NCBI GenBank assembly: GCA_964016885.1
Contig: OZ024741.1
Span: 66,216,001 to 66,280,000 of the forward strand
DNA length: 64,000 nucleotides
Reading direction: 5' to 3'
Source of the DNA: Eledone cirrhosa
Lineage: Eukaryota
Shown here: positions 48,954 through 60,671 of the stretch, in pieces
How the letters are laid out: the number at the start of each line of letters is the position of its first letter
How positions within the stretch are numbered: position 1 is the stretch's first letter
Program-made: the position numbers and the translations under genes
Notes under the pieces: model-generated
Databases searched by the model: none
What the model was told of the DNA's origin: nothing
What the model saw: only the letters and a program-made list of their open reading frames with translations

Positions 48954-51900
48954 TATGTGTACAATCAATCGAGAAGGATAGAGTAGAGATAAGTTCGTGA
49001 GAATTATAAGCCAGTAGCAAAATATACATACAAACTGAGTCATAAGTAACCGGGCAGTCCAACATTTATACTCCAAATGATACTGCCTGGTTACTTATGA
49101 CTCACTTCACACACACAGGTTCGGATTTTACCAGTCGAAACTAGTAAGGCCCTTATTCAGCAAAGTACTCGATACTCGAGTGTAAATATAGTATAGTAGA
49201 GTCGGGGCCCGGCAGCTGAGCACTTTCCGTTTCGACAGTAAATTCCATTATATTCAAGTACAAGTACCTATAATGTATGCGTACTTTTTATGTATTCAAC
49301 AGGTGGTGTCGAATATTGGATCTCTACTGGGACAGACGTCTTTGTAATAACACTGAAGCGTTTTACTATTTTTGCTAATGTTGACATTTCCATCTACTGA
49401 TTCAAAACATTTACACGAAATAAATAGAAAATAACCAGAGAAAAAAATAAAAGAAGCTGTAGATGTTTTTTAAATCAAGCACAAATATCACACCACTATA
49501 TACATAATTTACGATAATAAAGAGAGGAGAAATGAGAATTTGCAACATTCAGGGCTTTCTTTTCGTGTAATTAATATTTATCTGGTAAGCGGGAACTCCG
49601 TGGAAGAAAACTGCTTTCAGGGACCCCAGGTGTGTTATCGAGGTAAAATATTCACGGTTCACCTTATTGGCTTTCTCTAGCACACAGACCGAACACCAAG
49701 TCATGACCGGATTAGGTCCCGAAACAGTCCTAATGCACTTAGAGATGATGGGGCACATCCTCCCTCTTCACTAATATAATTTAATTTGAATAAAATGGTG
49801 GCCCTCATCCCTTGGTGTCCTAAGTATGTGCATATTTTGCTTAATAGTTAAACTAGTATTGACCCCCAAATATTAGGCCCAGCTGACAAACATTACAGAA
49901 GATATGTTTTTGATGCCCGCTCCTCGGTAGAGTGGAATAATTGGGCTTTGAGAATCATTTACGTTAATATTACAAACACAAATGCCATATCTGTCAAATT
50001 TTAACACATACACATCTATATCTCTATTACTATATTATATAAATATTTCACATGAAAATATAGAATCAAAACGAAAGAAACTATTAAGTCAACACTAAGT
50101 GTGACAATCTGTCACACACCCCAAGGGGTGCCTGAGCCTCCTAATACTTTTTGAGGCAAGCCAACACACTGGCAGTGTTGCCGCGGGTGATAGCGAACCT
50201 AAGGCGCTGGAACAACCAAACACCCTTACGAGTATCACCTGACAACTAGGTAAGGTAAGCCGCTGACGATGAAGAACTTCATTGTTAGCGCCCCAACTCC
50301 TACAAACGTCTCGAACGTTTGTCGATAAACCTCACCCCCAAAAGTAACGAAAAAAACAACATTAAATATAAACGAAAGAGGTGATAAAATGAAACCAGTC
50401 AATTCATGACATCGATTTAATATCCTCTACTCTTCACCACCAAATTATTTGTTTTAGTGTATATGTATCCTTTTAACACCGCGAAAGTTTTATTTTAAAG
50501 GCTTTTTTTTTAACTTCCTTCGATTTTTTTTTTTTTTTAGGTTTTTTCACAATAGGGTTTCAGAATCTGAAAACTTTTTTATTTAGATATATTTTAGGAA
50601 ATAAAAAAATGTTTCGTTTTTGTTATACTTAGGGAGACCCTCTTAAAATATAACAATATCTGTTACAACACACGGTTTTACATCAAGAATCTTACAAAAC
50701 AAAAAAAAAATTTGTTTTGTTTTTCTTCAATCAGAAGCTGATTGTCTGGGGATTCACAGCTGCAGTAGCTTTTTTTTTTTGGCGGGGATGGGGATAGGGG
50801 GGGGGGGCTTCATATTTAAATATATTTCGTTTACATTTGAATTGTATAAGTGTATTTTGTTTCTTGTACATTAAGGTTGAAATCATTATTAAATGAGCAA
50901 AAACAAATAAAATAAATACGTATGTGTATGTATGTATATGTGCGTGTATTCATGTATGTGCATTACAATAACATTGTAATAGTGTGTGTATATATATATA
51001 TATGTGTGTGTGTGTATATATATATATGTATGTGTGTGTGGTTGTGTGTATGTGTATTATATATATAACTAAAAATGTTTTCTAACATAATGTTGCCGTC
51101 GATTAGATCAACCCTCATCGCTTGAAAGTTATTTATTTTATCGATCATTGCGAGAGAAAAAAACGGAGTTCACCCCAGCTGGATGTGAACATAATACAAT
51201 AAATTTACTCGATATGACAATTAAATGAATTTAAAAATTTATATATATACATATAAATCTTACCCCAAATGTTTCCGGGAAAGTTGCCATTAAAAATCCA
51301 GGTTAAAAATCCTTTTAAAACAAGCAAAGTTTTGTATTCCAGAAATCGGGACACTACGTTACTGAAAAGTTCATAAACATAAAAAAAAAACAAAAAAACT
51401 TTCCGCTTGTTTACAATGATGTGATATTTGATGTAAGCGGCTTATCTTCAAATTTTATACATCGTTGACATTTGCAAAAAAGAATGTAAAAAAAGAACGG
51501 CAAATAATTTTGAATTTTCATTCAGAAACAGTGAAAGCCTCAAATTTATAACAGAATTGGGGGGGTTAAATTATACGAAGTGGTTTTTGTTTTGCTAAAG
51601 GACATGAGCGGTTTAAAATGAGTACAACCAGGTATTGTAAACAAAACCGGAGTACCATGCGGATTCAGTTCGCCGGAAATGTTGCATTATGATGCTCGTT
51701 TGTTTTTCATTGTCGTTTTTATAATAATGATTTCTGCTATAGGCACAAGGCCATTAATTTGGTGGTGGTGGGCGGGGGGCGATTAAATCGAACCCAGTGC
51801 GTTATGTGTGCTTTATTTTATCGACGCAGGAGGGATCAAAGGCAACGTTAACGTCGGCGGGGTTGGAACTGAGACCGTAAATGGCCGTAACTCAATGCTG

Positions 51901-51974
51901 CAAAGCATAGCGTCTGACCCTCTACCGATACTGCCAATCCACCGCCCTGTTATTATAATAATAATAATAATAAT

Positions 51975-54900
51975 GGTTTCTTTATTAACCACAAGGGTTT
52001 ACATAAAGTAGACATTAAGGACAGTACAGGACAGTACAAATGGGCATTTCTGCGTGTAAAAAAAAAAACAGAGGATGTAACAAAAAAAAAACAACGAAAA
52101 ATTCCCCAATAGGGGGAGACTTCCGAGGGACATTTGTGGAGAAAGCCCATTAAAAGGACACAGTGACCCTGACCACCAGGGCAAGTGCCGTCTCCCAGTT
52201 TTCCACCTTTAATTTACAGACACATACTCAGAGTAGGCCCATTCACTCGGGCCATACTTGCTTCTCTCACCCATCTTTCAACAAAATGCTGGGAAGAGAG
52301 CACTTCCCTCTCTACCCTGATTTTCCTTTTCAAATGAAATTTGAAAAAGTTAATCAGGGCATCACCGAAGAGGTAAGTGCTCGTCTTCAGCCCTTTCAAA
52401 CGTGTCCACCATACTATCTCTTTCGCCATGGCCACCAGACAGATAAAAACTGCCTGCCCTTCCCGGCTAAAGAAAGATGGCGGGGCAATCCTCACGATGG
52501 ACCCAGCTGATAACTGGATCCGTCCTACACGTGACAGCAGGTGTTCGACATAAACCCACAAGTCAGCAATGCTCGGACACTGGACGAGTGCGTGCATGAC
52601 GGTTTCGTCGCCCTGCGCGCATCTCGGACATGCCCGCTTGACGGCACCTTCATGCCTGTAGAGTTTATCCAGAACTGGCAAAGCTCCTCGGTAGCACTGC
52701 TAGGCCAGGGATTTCTGGAAATTGTCCATAGGCCCCGACCCGAAAGTTCTTCCGAAGAGATTGGCTAGTTGATTTTCGTCGACGCCTAGAGTTTTTCCAA
52801 GTACGTCGTTGCTCTTCCCCTCCACTAATCCTCTATAGAACGCCAAGGTGGAGTTTCCACCGATCACATTTCCCGATTGGTCGAGGGCTTTGAGCGCCTG
52901 AAGACATTCCGGTCTCCAAGCGCTCCCTCTCGGTCTTCGCTTGACCCAGGACTGCAGCTCCGTAAAGGAGATGAGCTGGGGAAAGACGCGTCTGGCAAAC
53001 GGCGACCACACCTGATCCCCGTCGAGGAAGAGGTGGAGATGTCGTAGCCTGAGCGCGTGTCTACGCATCATCAGCCACGGCATGCCCAGCCCTCCACGTA
53101 GCGGGTGTTGACAGCAGATGGACCGCCTGACCATCGGAGCGCGTCCCTTCCACAAAAAGCGAAAGAGCAAACGCTCCAGCGCAGTCAGGCGGGGCTTAGG
53201 ACAAGGTTCGACGGTCAGGCGGTAGTAGATGACGGACACGATGTACGCGTTAGCCACCTCCGCTCGACTTTATCTAGATATGATCTGGATGACCCTATGC
53301 GATTTGTCCAAGTCCACATTGGCACATTCGGGAAATTCAATCGGTACCTGTCAGACAGTTCAAAACGCCTGAGCAGGTTGGTGAGGCTCTTGCATCCTCC
53401 TCCCATATCCGCTAATGCCACACAGTCCCAGCGTGCATCTAAGATCCCGTTCCAGTTGCCCACTAACACTAAAAGCGGGACGTTCCAAGAAATCAGGCCG
53501 CCCTGCTCCTGTCGGGGCATAGACGGCCACTAGCCTGAAAGATTGCCCGTCTCCGCTGGTGACATCCAGCACCACCAACTTACCTTCTGGGTCCAGGAAG
53601 ATGGCTCGTATGGCAAGATCCAAACCTCTCCGAAAAAGCACAGCAACTCCTCCCCCGATCTAGGACGGCTGGGAGATGCGTACACATCGTAGCCGCCGAA
53701 GATCAGTGCGAAGGCCCGTGCTTCGGAGATTCTGGTCTCGCTGATGGCCACTACATCAATGTTTAGTGACCTGAGGTCATTGAGCAGGTGGCCCTGCTTC
53801 CATGACGACCCCAAGCCACGCGCATTTATGCTACCTATTCTGAGTGAGGTCACGTTGAAATGGAGTGGAAAAGATGGGAAAGACCATTTACCTTACTTCT
53901 CGTAGAGGAAGGATGGTTTCTCCATCCTTTTCACTGCTTGTGGCCTCCTACGGAAGGATGTCCTTATAAATCCTCCTGGAGAGTGCTTGTCGGAAGTCTC
54001 CGATGTCTTTGGGGAATTTTTGTTTTAGTGTCGTTTTAGTTTCTGTGTGATGCAAGTGATTTGAATGTGTGGAGGTAGTGTGAACTTTTGGGTTGTTGTG
54101 TAGTCTTTTTCTGTGATGCTGGTGTTGTGTTGGATGTAGTGTAGTAATTGGTTGTTGTTCAAATTTAATGCTGTGTAGTGTGTATCGTTTTGGTTGTTTT
54201 GTTTTGTTTGCGTTTGTTGTGGGTTTGTTTCTGTTTCGCTTTTTAGTGACTTTTGTGGTGTTGGGGTTAATGATGGTGATGGTGTTGGTGTTTGTGGTGA
54301 TGGGGTTGGTGGATGCTGGTGTGGATGGTGGCATAGCTGTCCTAACTTTTTTGTTTGAAAGTTTATTTGTTTCCCTCTGTATTTTGTTTTTGGAGGGAGA
54401 GGGAAGAGGATTTTTTCTTTTTTGGTTTCTTTTTCTTTTTTTCTTTTTTCCTGATACAGTTTCCCACTCCTCGTCGTCACAATCTGTCTCCAGTTGCGAT
54501 AGGTCGGGAGTGGAAAATCCTCCACATGCGTTGGTTTTGGTTGTGGCGTGGTGGATGGTGTAGGCGCTGGTGCTAGTTCTAGCGCGTTGGGTGGTGGTGG
54601 TGTTGGTTTTGCTACTGTTGCTGGGTTTGTTGCTGTTACAGTTGCTTCTGTTGCTGCTGCTACAGTTGTTGCTGCCATTTCTGCTGCTGGTGGTGTTGAT
54701 GGTTGAGTCACTGGGGTGGGTAAGAGAGGTGGTCTCAACCTTTTAGCCTGAGGGCAGAAAGCCCTTAGGTGGGCTCCTTCACCACAAACGACACACCTAG
54801 GCCTTCTGCCCTCGACGATTACGGTGAGGTGGCTGCCGTCAGTGAGGTCTATTACCTCTAGGATCTCCTCAATGCTTTTTTTGGTCCGCTTGGATCAGGA

Positions 54901-56023
54901 GCTCCATCCCAGATCCGGACCAGTTCTTCTGCTTTTCTTTCGCTATTTCGATTATCTTGGTGTTGGCTTCGATGCCGGCGAGGACGGCAGCCATTAGCCA
55001 GGGAATTTCGATGGCCGGTGGAACGTGGGTCACCCTGATCTTCACGAGTCTCTGGCCACAATATCTTGGGACGAGTGTGAAGACGTCACTTCTTAATGGG
55101 GCCATGGAGTGTTCTCTGGCCTCCTGTGGTGTTTCAAAGAACACGTCCACGGTTCCATATTTCTGCCCACGTCTGATGTGGGGTTTTTTTGTCCACACAT
55201 GTCCCAAAGCTTTTTGGATCTGGGACTCGGATGCCCGTTCCACTCGGCGCGATTTTATGTTAATCGTCCGATAAACACGGTGCATAGGCGCCGATGCTCC
55301 ATTTTATTAGGTGTGTGTGGGGGGGGGGGGGCTGACCCTATACCCATCTTTCTTTACCATTTTTTTGGCTTCTTCTAATTCCTCCTGAGTTACCTGGAAT
55401 GCTTCGCACTTTTTGCTACTGTGGCAAAAGATATGGTTTTCTTAATCTCATTGTTGCTGTTGTTGTTATCGTTATTTTTGTTATTGTTAATTTTAGTTTC
55501 AGTTGTGGTGGTGGTGGCATCAGTGGTGTTCGGTGTGGAAGGGTTCATTCTGGGTGAAATCATTTCGATATCACGAGATAATTTCTTTCTTTCTTTTGTT
55601 TCTGTTGTCGCTGTGGTGGTGGTGGGGGTGGCGGCTTCAACACCTGCAGTCATTGGTAATGGCGGGAAATGAATGTCTGCCTGAGATAAATTTAAAATAT
55701 TGCTACTGCTTATATTTTTAGTGTTGGCAAACGTAGTAATATTTACAATGGTGGTGTCGGTGTGAGGTGTTAGTTTGTGAGGAAGGTGTGACTCTGAGTT
55801 GTCCATGATTTTTTTCAAAGAAAAATTTTTTGTTTGATAATTATAAAAGTTTAAATTTTGGGCTCAAGGCCCCAATCTTTTTGAGTGTCCTTTTCAGAAA
55901 ACAATGTATGTGCACTTATATACAGTTAACAATAAAAAATTTCCATAAATGGCAATTTTAAACAACTGAAAATAACAAACCTTTGCGGAGCTCACGATAA
56001 TACGATTTACTACGTAGGTCGTC
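51975..56023 (-). mobile_element. Tx1-like (L1 group) LINE copy A, 5' end present, RT deleted
   Basis: Frameshifted ORF1; APE fragments SINARGL..ISETR..GNWN..SYLD; C-terminal FLWKG..GGLG and CPRC..H..C; AATAAA and (ATT)n tail. Confidence 0.93.
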
Positions 56024-56063
<40 letters not shown>

Positions 56064-56306
56064 TTTTCTTTATTAACCACAAGGGTTTACATAAAGTAGA
56101 CATTAAGGACAGTACAGGACAATACAGGACGGTACAAATGGGCATTTCTGCGTGTAAAAAAAACAGAGGAGGAAATAAAATAACAAAGAAAAATTCCCCA
56201 ATAGGGGGGAGACTTCCGAGGGACATTTGTGGAGAAAGCCCATTAAAAGACCACAGTGGCCCTGACCACCAGGGCAAGTGCCCTCTCCCAGTTTTCCACC
56301 TTTAAT

Positions 56307-58480
56307 TTACAGACACATACTCAGAGAAGGCCCATTCATTCGGGCCATACTTGCTTCTCTCACCCATCTTTCAACAAAATGCTGGGAAGAGAGCACTTCC
56401 CTCTCTACCCTGATTTTCCTTTTCAAATGAAATTTGAAAAAGTTAATCAGGGCATCACCGAAGAGGTAAGTGCTCGTCTTCAGCCCTTTCAAACGTGTCC
56501 ACCATACTATCTCTTTCGCCATGGCCACCAGACAGATAAAAACTGCCTGCCCTTCCCGGCTAAAGAAAGATGGCGGGGCAATCCTCACGATGGACCCAGC
56601 TGATAACTGGATCCGTCCTACACGTGACAGCAGGTGTTCGACATAAACCCACAAGTCAGCAATGCTCGGACACTGGACGAGTGCGTGCATGACGGTTTCG
56701 TCGCCCTGCGCGCATCTCGGACATGCCCGCTTGACGGCACCTTCATGCCTGTAGAGTTTATCCAGAACTGGCAAAGCTCCTCGGTAGCACTGCCAGGCCA
56801 GGGATTTCTGGAAGTTGGAATGGCGCATGTCTGTGCCTCTCCCACCAGACCACCAACGACAAGCGCCAACCTCTTTGCTAGCACCTTGGCCAAAATCTTG
56901 AACTCTGTGTTTAGCAGAGTTATGGGCCTAAAATTATCTATGTTATCCCCCTTGTTCGGATCCTTTCTCAGCAGCGCCACCGCTCCTCGGCTCACAGAGC
57001 TGGGAATTCTCCCGTTCTGTTGCCATTTGCAGTAGACGTCCGCCAAGAGGCCTCCGAACAAGTTTGGCATTTGTACGTAAAGTTCATAGGGCAGACCATC
57101 CAAACCAGGCGATTTACCCCTTGTGCAACTAGTCATTGCATCCCGTACTTCAGCGGTTGTTATCGGCTTTTCGCAACACTCCGCCTCAGTGGCCGAAAGC
57201 CGCGGCAGTCCGTCGAGGTAGACACTAAAGTCCATCCCTCGATCCGGCCCGCCACTGCCCCCGAACAGTTGAGCGAAGTGTCGCTGAAAAGCTTCACACA
57301 TTTGCCCGGGATCGAGTAGCATGCGCCCGTCGTGGTCCACCAAAGACCGGATCGTGGCTTTGTTGCCACGACGCGCCTCCGCCACTCGGGCCCATTGAAC
57401 GGCTTTCGTCCCCTCGTGTCTGAGAGCACGCACCCTAGCTCTGACAACGCAGCCTTCGTGCTTTGCATTGAAGAATTGGTCAAGGGCCAATTTCGCCGCA
57501 AGTACGTCGGTCGCGATGCCTTTGCTAAGCGCCTCATCTAATTTTCTAACTAATTCTCCCTCTGCTCTATTTTTCTCTATTGCTAAAGTCTTACTAAACC
57601 TAATGGACTCTATTCTAATTGCTCTTTTCAGAGCAAACCACCACTTGTTGTTGACGATGGCCCCCGTCAACGCCCGCTTAACTAGTTCGCTAATCCGGTC
57701 TGTGTGGGCCTTGCGCGCTGGTAAGGACGCGTTTAACTTCCAGTAGCCGGGTCCTCGTCTATGAAGCCTATCTAAGTCAAGCACACAGATCACGAATTTG
57801 TGGTCCGTGTAGCTGACTATCTTGAATTGTGGACAGCCTATGCTAGACCTATCTATTTCCCTACAAAATACTCTATCTAGATATGATCTGGATGACCCTA
57901 TGCGATTTGTCCAAGTCCACATTGGTACATTCGGGAAATCCATTCGGTACCTGTCAGACAGTTCAAAACGTCTGAGCAGGTTGGTGAGACTCTTGCACCC
58001 TCCTTCCCTATCCACTAATCCCACACAATCCCAGCGTGCATCTAAGATCCCGTTCCAGTCACCCACTAACACTAAAGAGCGGGACGTTCCAAGAAAGGTC
58101 TCCAGACGCCGGAAGAAATCAGGCCGCCCTGCTCCTGTCGGGGCATAGACGGCCACTAACCTGAAAGCTTGCCCGTCTCCGCTGGTCACGTCCAGCACCA
58201 CCAACTTACCTTCTGGGTCCAGGAAGATGGCTCGTATGGCAAGATCCAAACCTCTCCGAAAAAGCACAGCAACTCCTCCCCCCGATCCCGGACGGCTGGG
58301 AGATGCGTACACATCGTAGCCGCCGAAGATCGGTGCGAAAGCCTGTGCTTCGGAGATTCTGGTCTCGCTGATGGCCACTACATCTATGTTTAGTGACCTG
58401 AGGTCGTTGAGCAGGTGGCCCTGCTTCCATGACGACCCCAAGCCACGCGCATTTATGCTGCCTATTCTGAGTGAGGTCAT
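56307..58480 (-). pseudogene. Tx1 ORF2: APE endonuclease, RT N-terminus, deletion, C-terminal Zn finger
   Basis: GDWN, YLDR, TDH, GPGYWKLN, GKSPGLDGLPYELY, NFRPITLLNTEFKILAKVLAKRL, QTCAIP then junction; no YADD. Confidence 0.9.
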
Positions 58481-58514
58481 GTTGAAAAGGAGTGGAAAAG
58501 ATGGGAAAGACCAC

Positions 58515-60412
58515 TTACCTTACTTCTCGTAGGGGAAGGACGGTTTTTCCATCCTTTTCACTGCTTGTGGCCTCCTCAGGAAGGATGTCCTTATAAATCC
58601 TCCTGGAGAGTGCTTGTCGGAAGTCTCCGATGTCTTTGGGGAATTTTTGTTTTAGTGTCATGTACGTTTTCTGTGTGATGCGAGTGATTTGTATGTGTGG
58701 AGGTGGTGTGAATTTTGGGGTTGTTGTGTAGTCTTTTTCTGTGATGCTGGTGTTGTGTTGGATGTAGTGTAATAATTGCTTGTTGTTCAAATTTAATGCT
58801 GTGTAGTGTGTATCGTTTTGGTTGTTTTGTTTTGTTTGCGTTTGTTGTGGGTTTGTTTCTGTTTCGCATTTTGGTGACTTTTGTGGTGTAGGTGATGGTG
58901 GTGCTGGGGTTAATGATGGTGATGGTGTTGGTGTTTGGGTTGATGGGGTTGGTGATGCTGGTGTTGATGGTGGCATATCTGTCTTAACTTTTTTGTTTCT
59001 TAATTTATTTGTTTCCCTCTGTATTTTGTTTTTGGAGGGGGAAGGAAGAGAATTTTTTCCTTTTTGGTTTCTTTTTTTTTTCCGGATATCGTTTCCCACT
59101 CCTCGTCGTCACAATCTGTCTCCAGTTGTGATAGGCCGGGGAGTGGAAAATCCTCCACAGCCGTTAGTTTTGGTTGTGGTGTGGTGGATGGTGTAGGCGC
59201 TGGTGCTAGTTCTGAAGCGTTGGGTGGTGGTGGTGTTGGTTTTGCTGGTGGTGGTAGTGGTGTTGGTTTTGCTACTGTTGCTGGGGTTGTTGCTGTTATA
59301 GTTGCTTCTGTTGTTGCTGCTACAGTTGTTGCTGCCATCTCTGCTACTGGTGGTGTTGATGGTTGTGTCACTGGGGTGGGTAGGAGAGGTGGCCTCAACC
59401 TTTTAGCCTGAGGGCAGAAAGCCCTTAGGTGGGTTCCTTCACCACAAACGACACACCTAGGTCTTCTGCCCTCGACAATTACCGTGAGGTGGCTGCCGTC
59501 AGTGAGGTCTATTACCTCTGGGATCTCCTCAATGCTTTTTTGGTCCGCTTGGATCAGGAGCTCCATCCCAGATCCGGACCAGTTTTCCTGCTTTTCTTTT
59601 GCTATTGCTATTATTTTCGTGTTGGCTTCGATGCCGGCGAGGATAGCCGCTATTAGCCAGGGAATTTCGATGGCCGGTGGAACGTGGGTCACCCTGATCT
59701 TTACGAGTCTCTGGCCACAATAGCTTGGGACGAGTGTGAAGTCGTCACTTTTTAATGGGGCCATGGAGTGTTCTCTGGCCTCCTCTGGTGTTTCAAAGAA
59801 CACATCCACGGTTCCATACTTTTGCCCACGTCTGATGTGGGTTTTTCTTGCCCACACATGTCCCAAAGCTTTTTGGATTTGGGACTCGGATGCCCGTTCC
59901 ACTCGGCGCGATTTTACATTTATTGTTCTATACGACACGGTGCATAGGCGCTGATGCTCCATTTTATTAGGTGTGTGTGTGTGGGGGGGGGGGGGGGGGG
60001 GCTGACCCTGTACCCATCTTTCTTTACCATTTGTTTGGCATTTTCTAAATCCTCCTGAGTTATCGTGAATGCTTCGAACTGTTTTGCTACTATGGCGAAA
60101 CTGAGGGTCGGTTTTATAATGTCATTGTTGTTGTTGTTGCTATCGTTATTTGTGTTAATATTAATTTTAGTTTCAGTTGTGGTGGTGGTGAAGTCAGTCG
60201 TCTTTGGTGGTGGTGGTGGAGGCTTTAACACCTGCAGTCATTGGTAATGGCGGGAAATGAATGTCTGCCTGAGACAAATTTAAAATATTGCTACTGCTTA
60301 TATTTTTTTTTGTGTTGGCAAACGTAGTAACATTTACAATGGTGGTGTCGGTGTGAGGTGTTATTTTGTGAGGAAGGCTTTCAGCTGCTTCGTGCAGAGG
60401 TGAATTAGCCAT
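58515..60412 (-). pseudogene. Tx1 ORF1 (gag-like; RRM-like region, CCHC knuckle, Pro/Thr-rich linker), frameshifted
   Basis: CVVCGEGTHLRAFC knuckle; split over four ORFs, partly at homopolymer runs. Confidence 0.85.
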
Positions 60413-60621
60413 TTATTTTTCAAAGAAATTTTTTGATAATAATAAAAGTTAAAATTTTGGGCACAAGGCCCCAATCTTTTTGGGTGTCCTTTTCGGAAAA
60501 CAATGTATGTGTGCTTATAAACAGTTAACAATAAAATTTTCCATAAATGACAATTTTTAACAAACGGAAATAACAAACCTTTGCGGAGCTCACGATGATA
60601 CGATTTACTACGTAGGTCGCC

Positions 60622-60669
<48 letters not shown>

Positions 60670-60671
<2 letters not shown>

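Larger units (their letters stand above)
56063..60621 (-). mobile_element. Tx1-like LINE copy B, 5' end present, different internal RT deletion
   Basis: Homologous to copy A at both ends; flanked by (AAT)13 and (AAT)16. Confidence 0.95.

Noticed and set aside
49549-49765. 7SK-like GGATGTG on minus, U3-like ctttcaggga on plus, and the 69-aa ORF
   Set aside because: Isolated short matches without the other conserved boxes; ORF has no recognisable motif
59960-60005. Programmed frameshift at the C-run in Tx1 ORF1
   Set aside because: Run length differs between copies; homopolymer instability or sequencing error is sufficient
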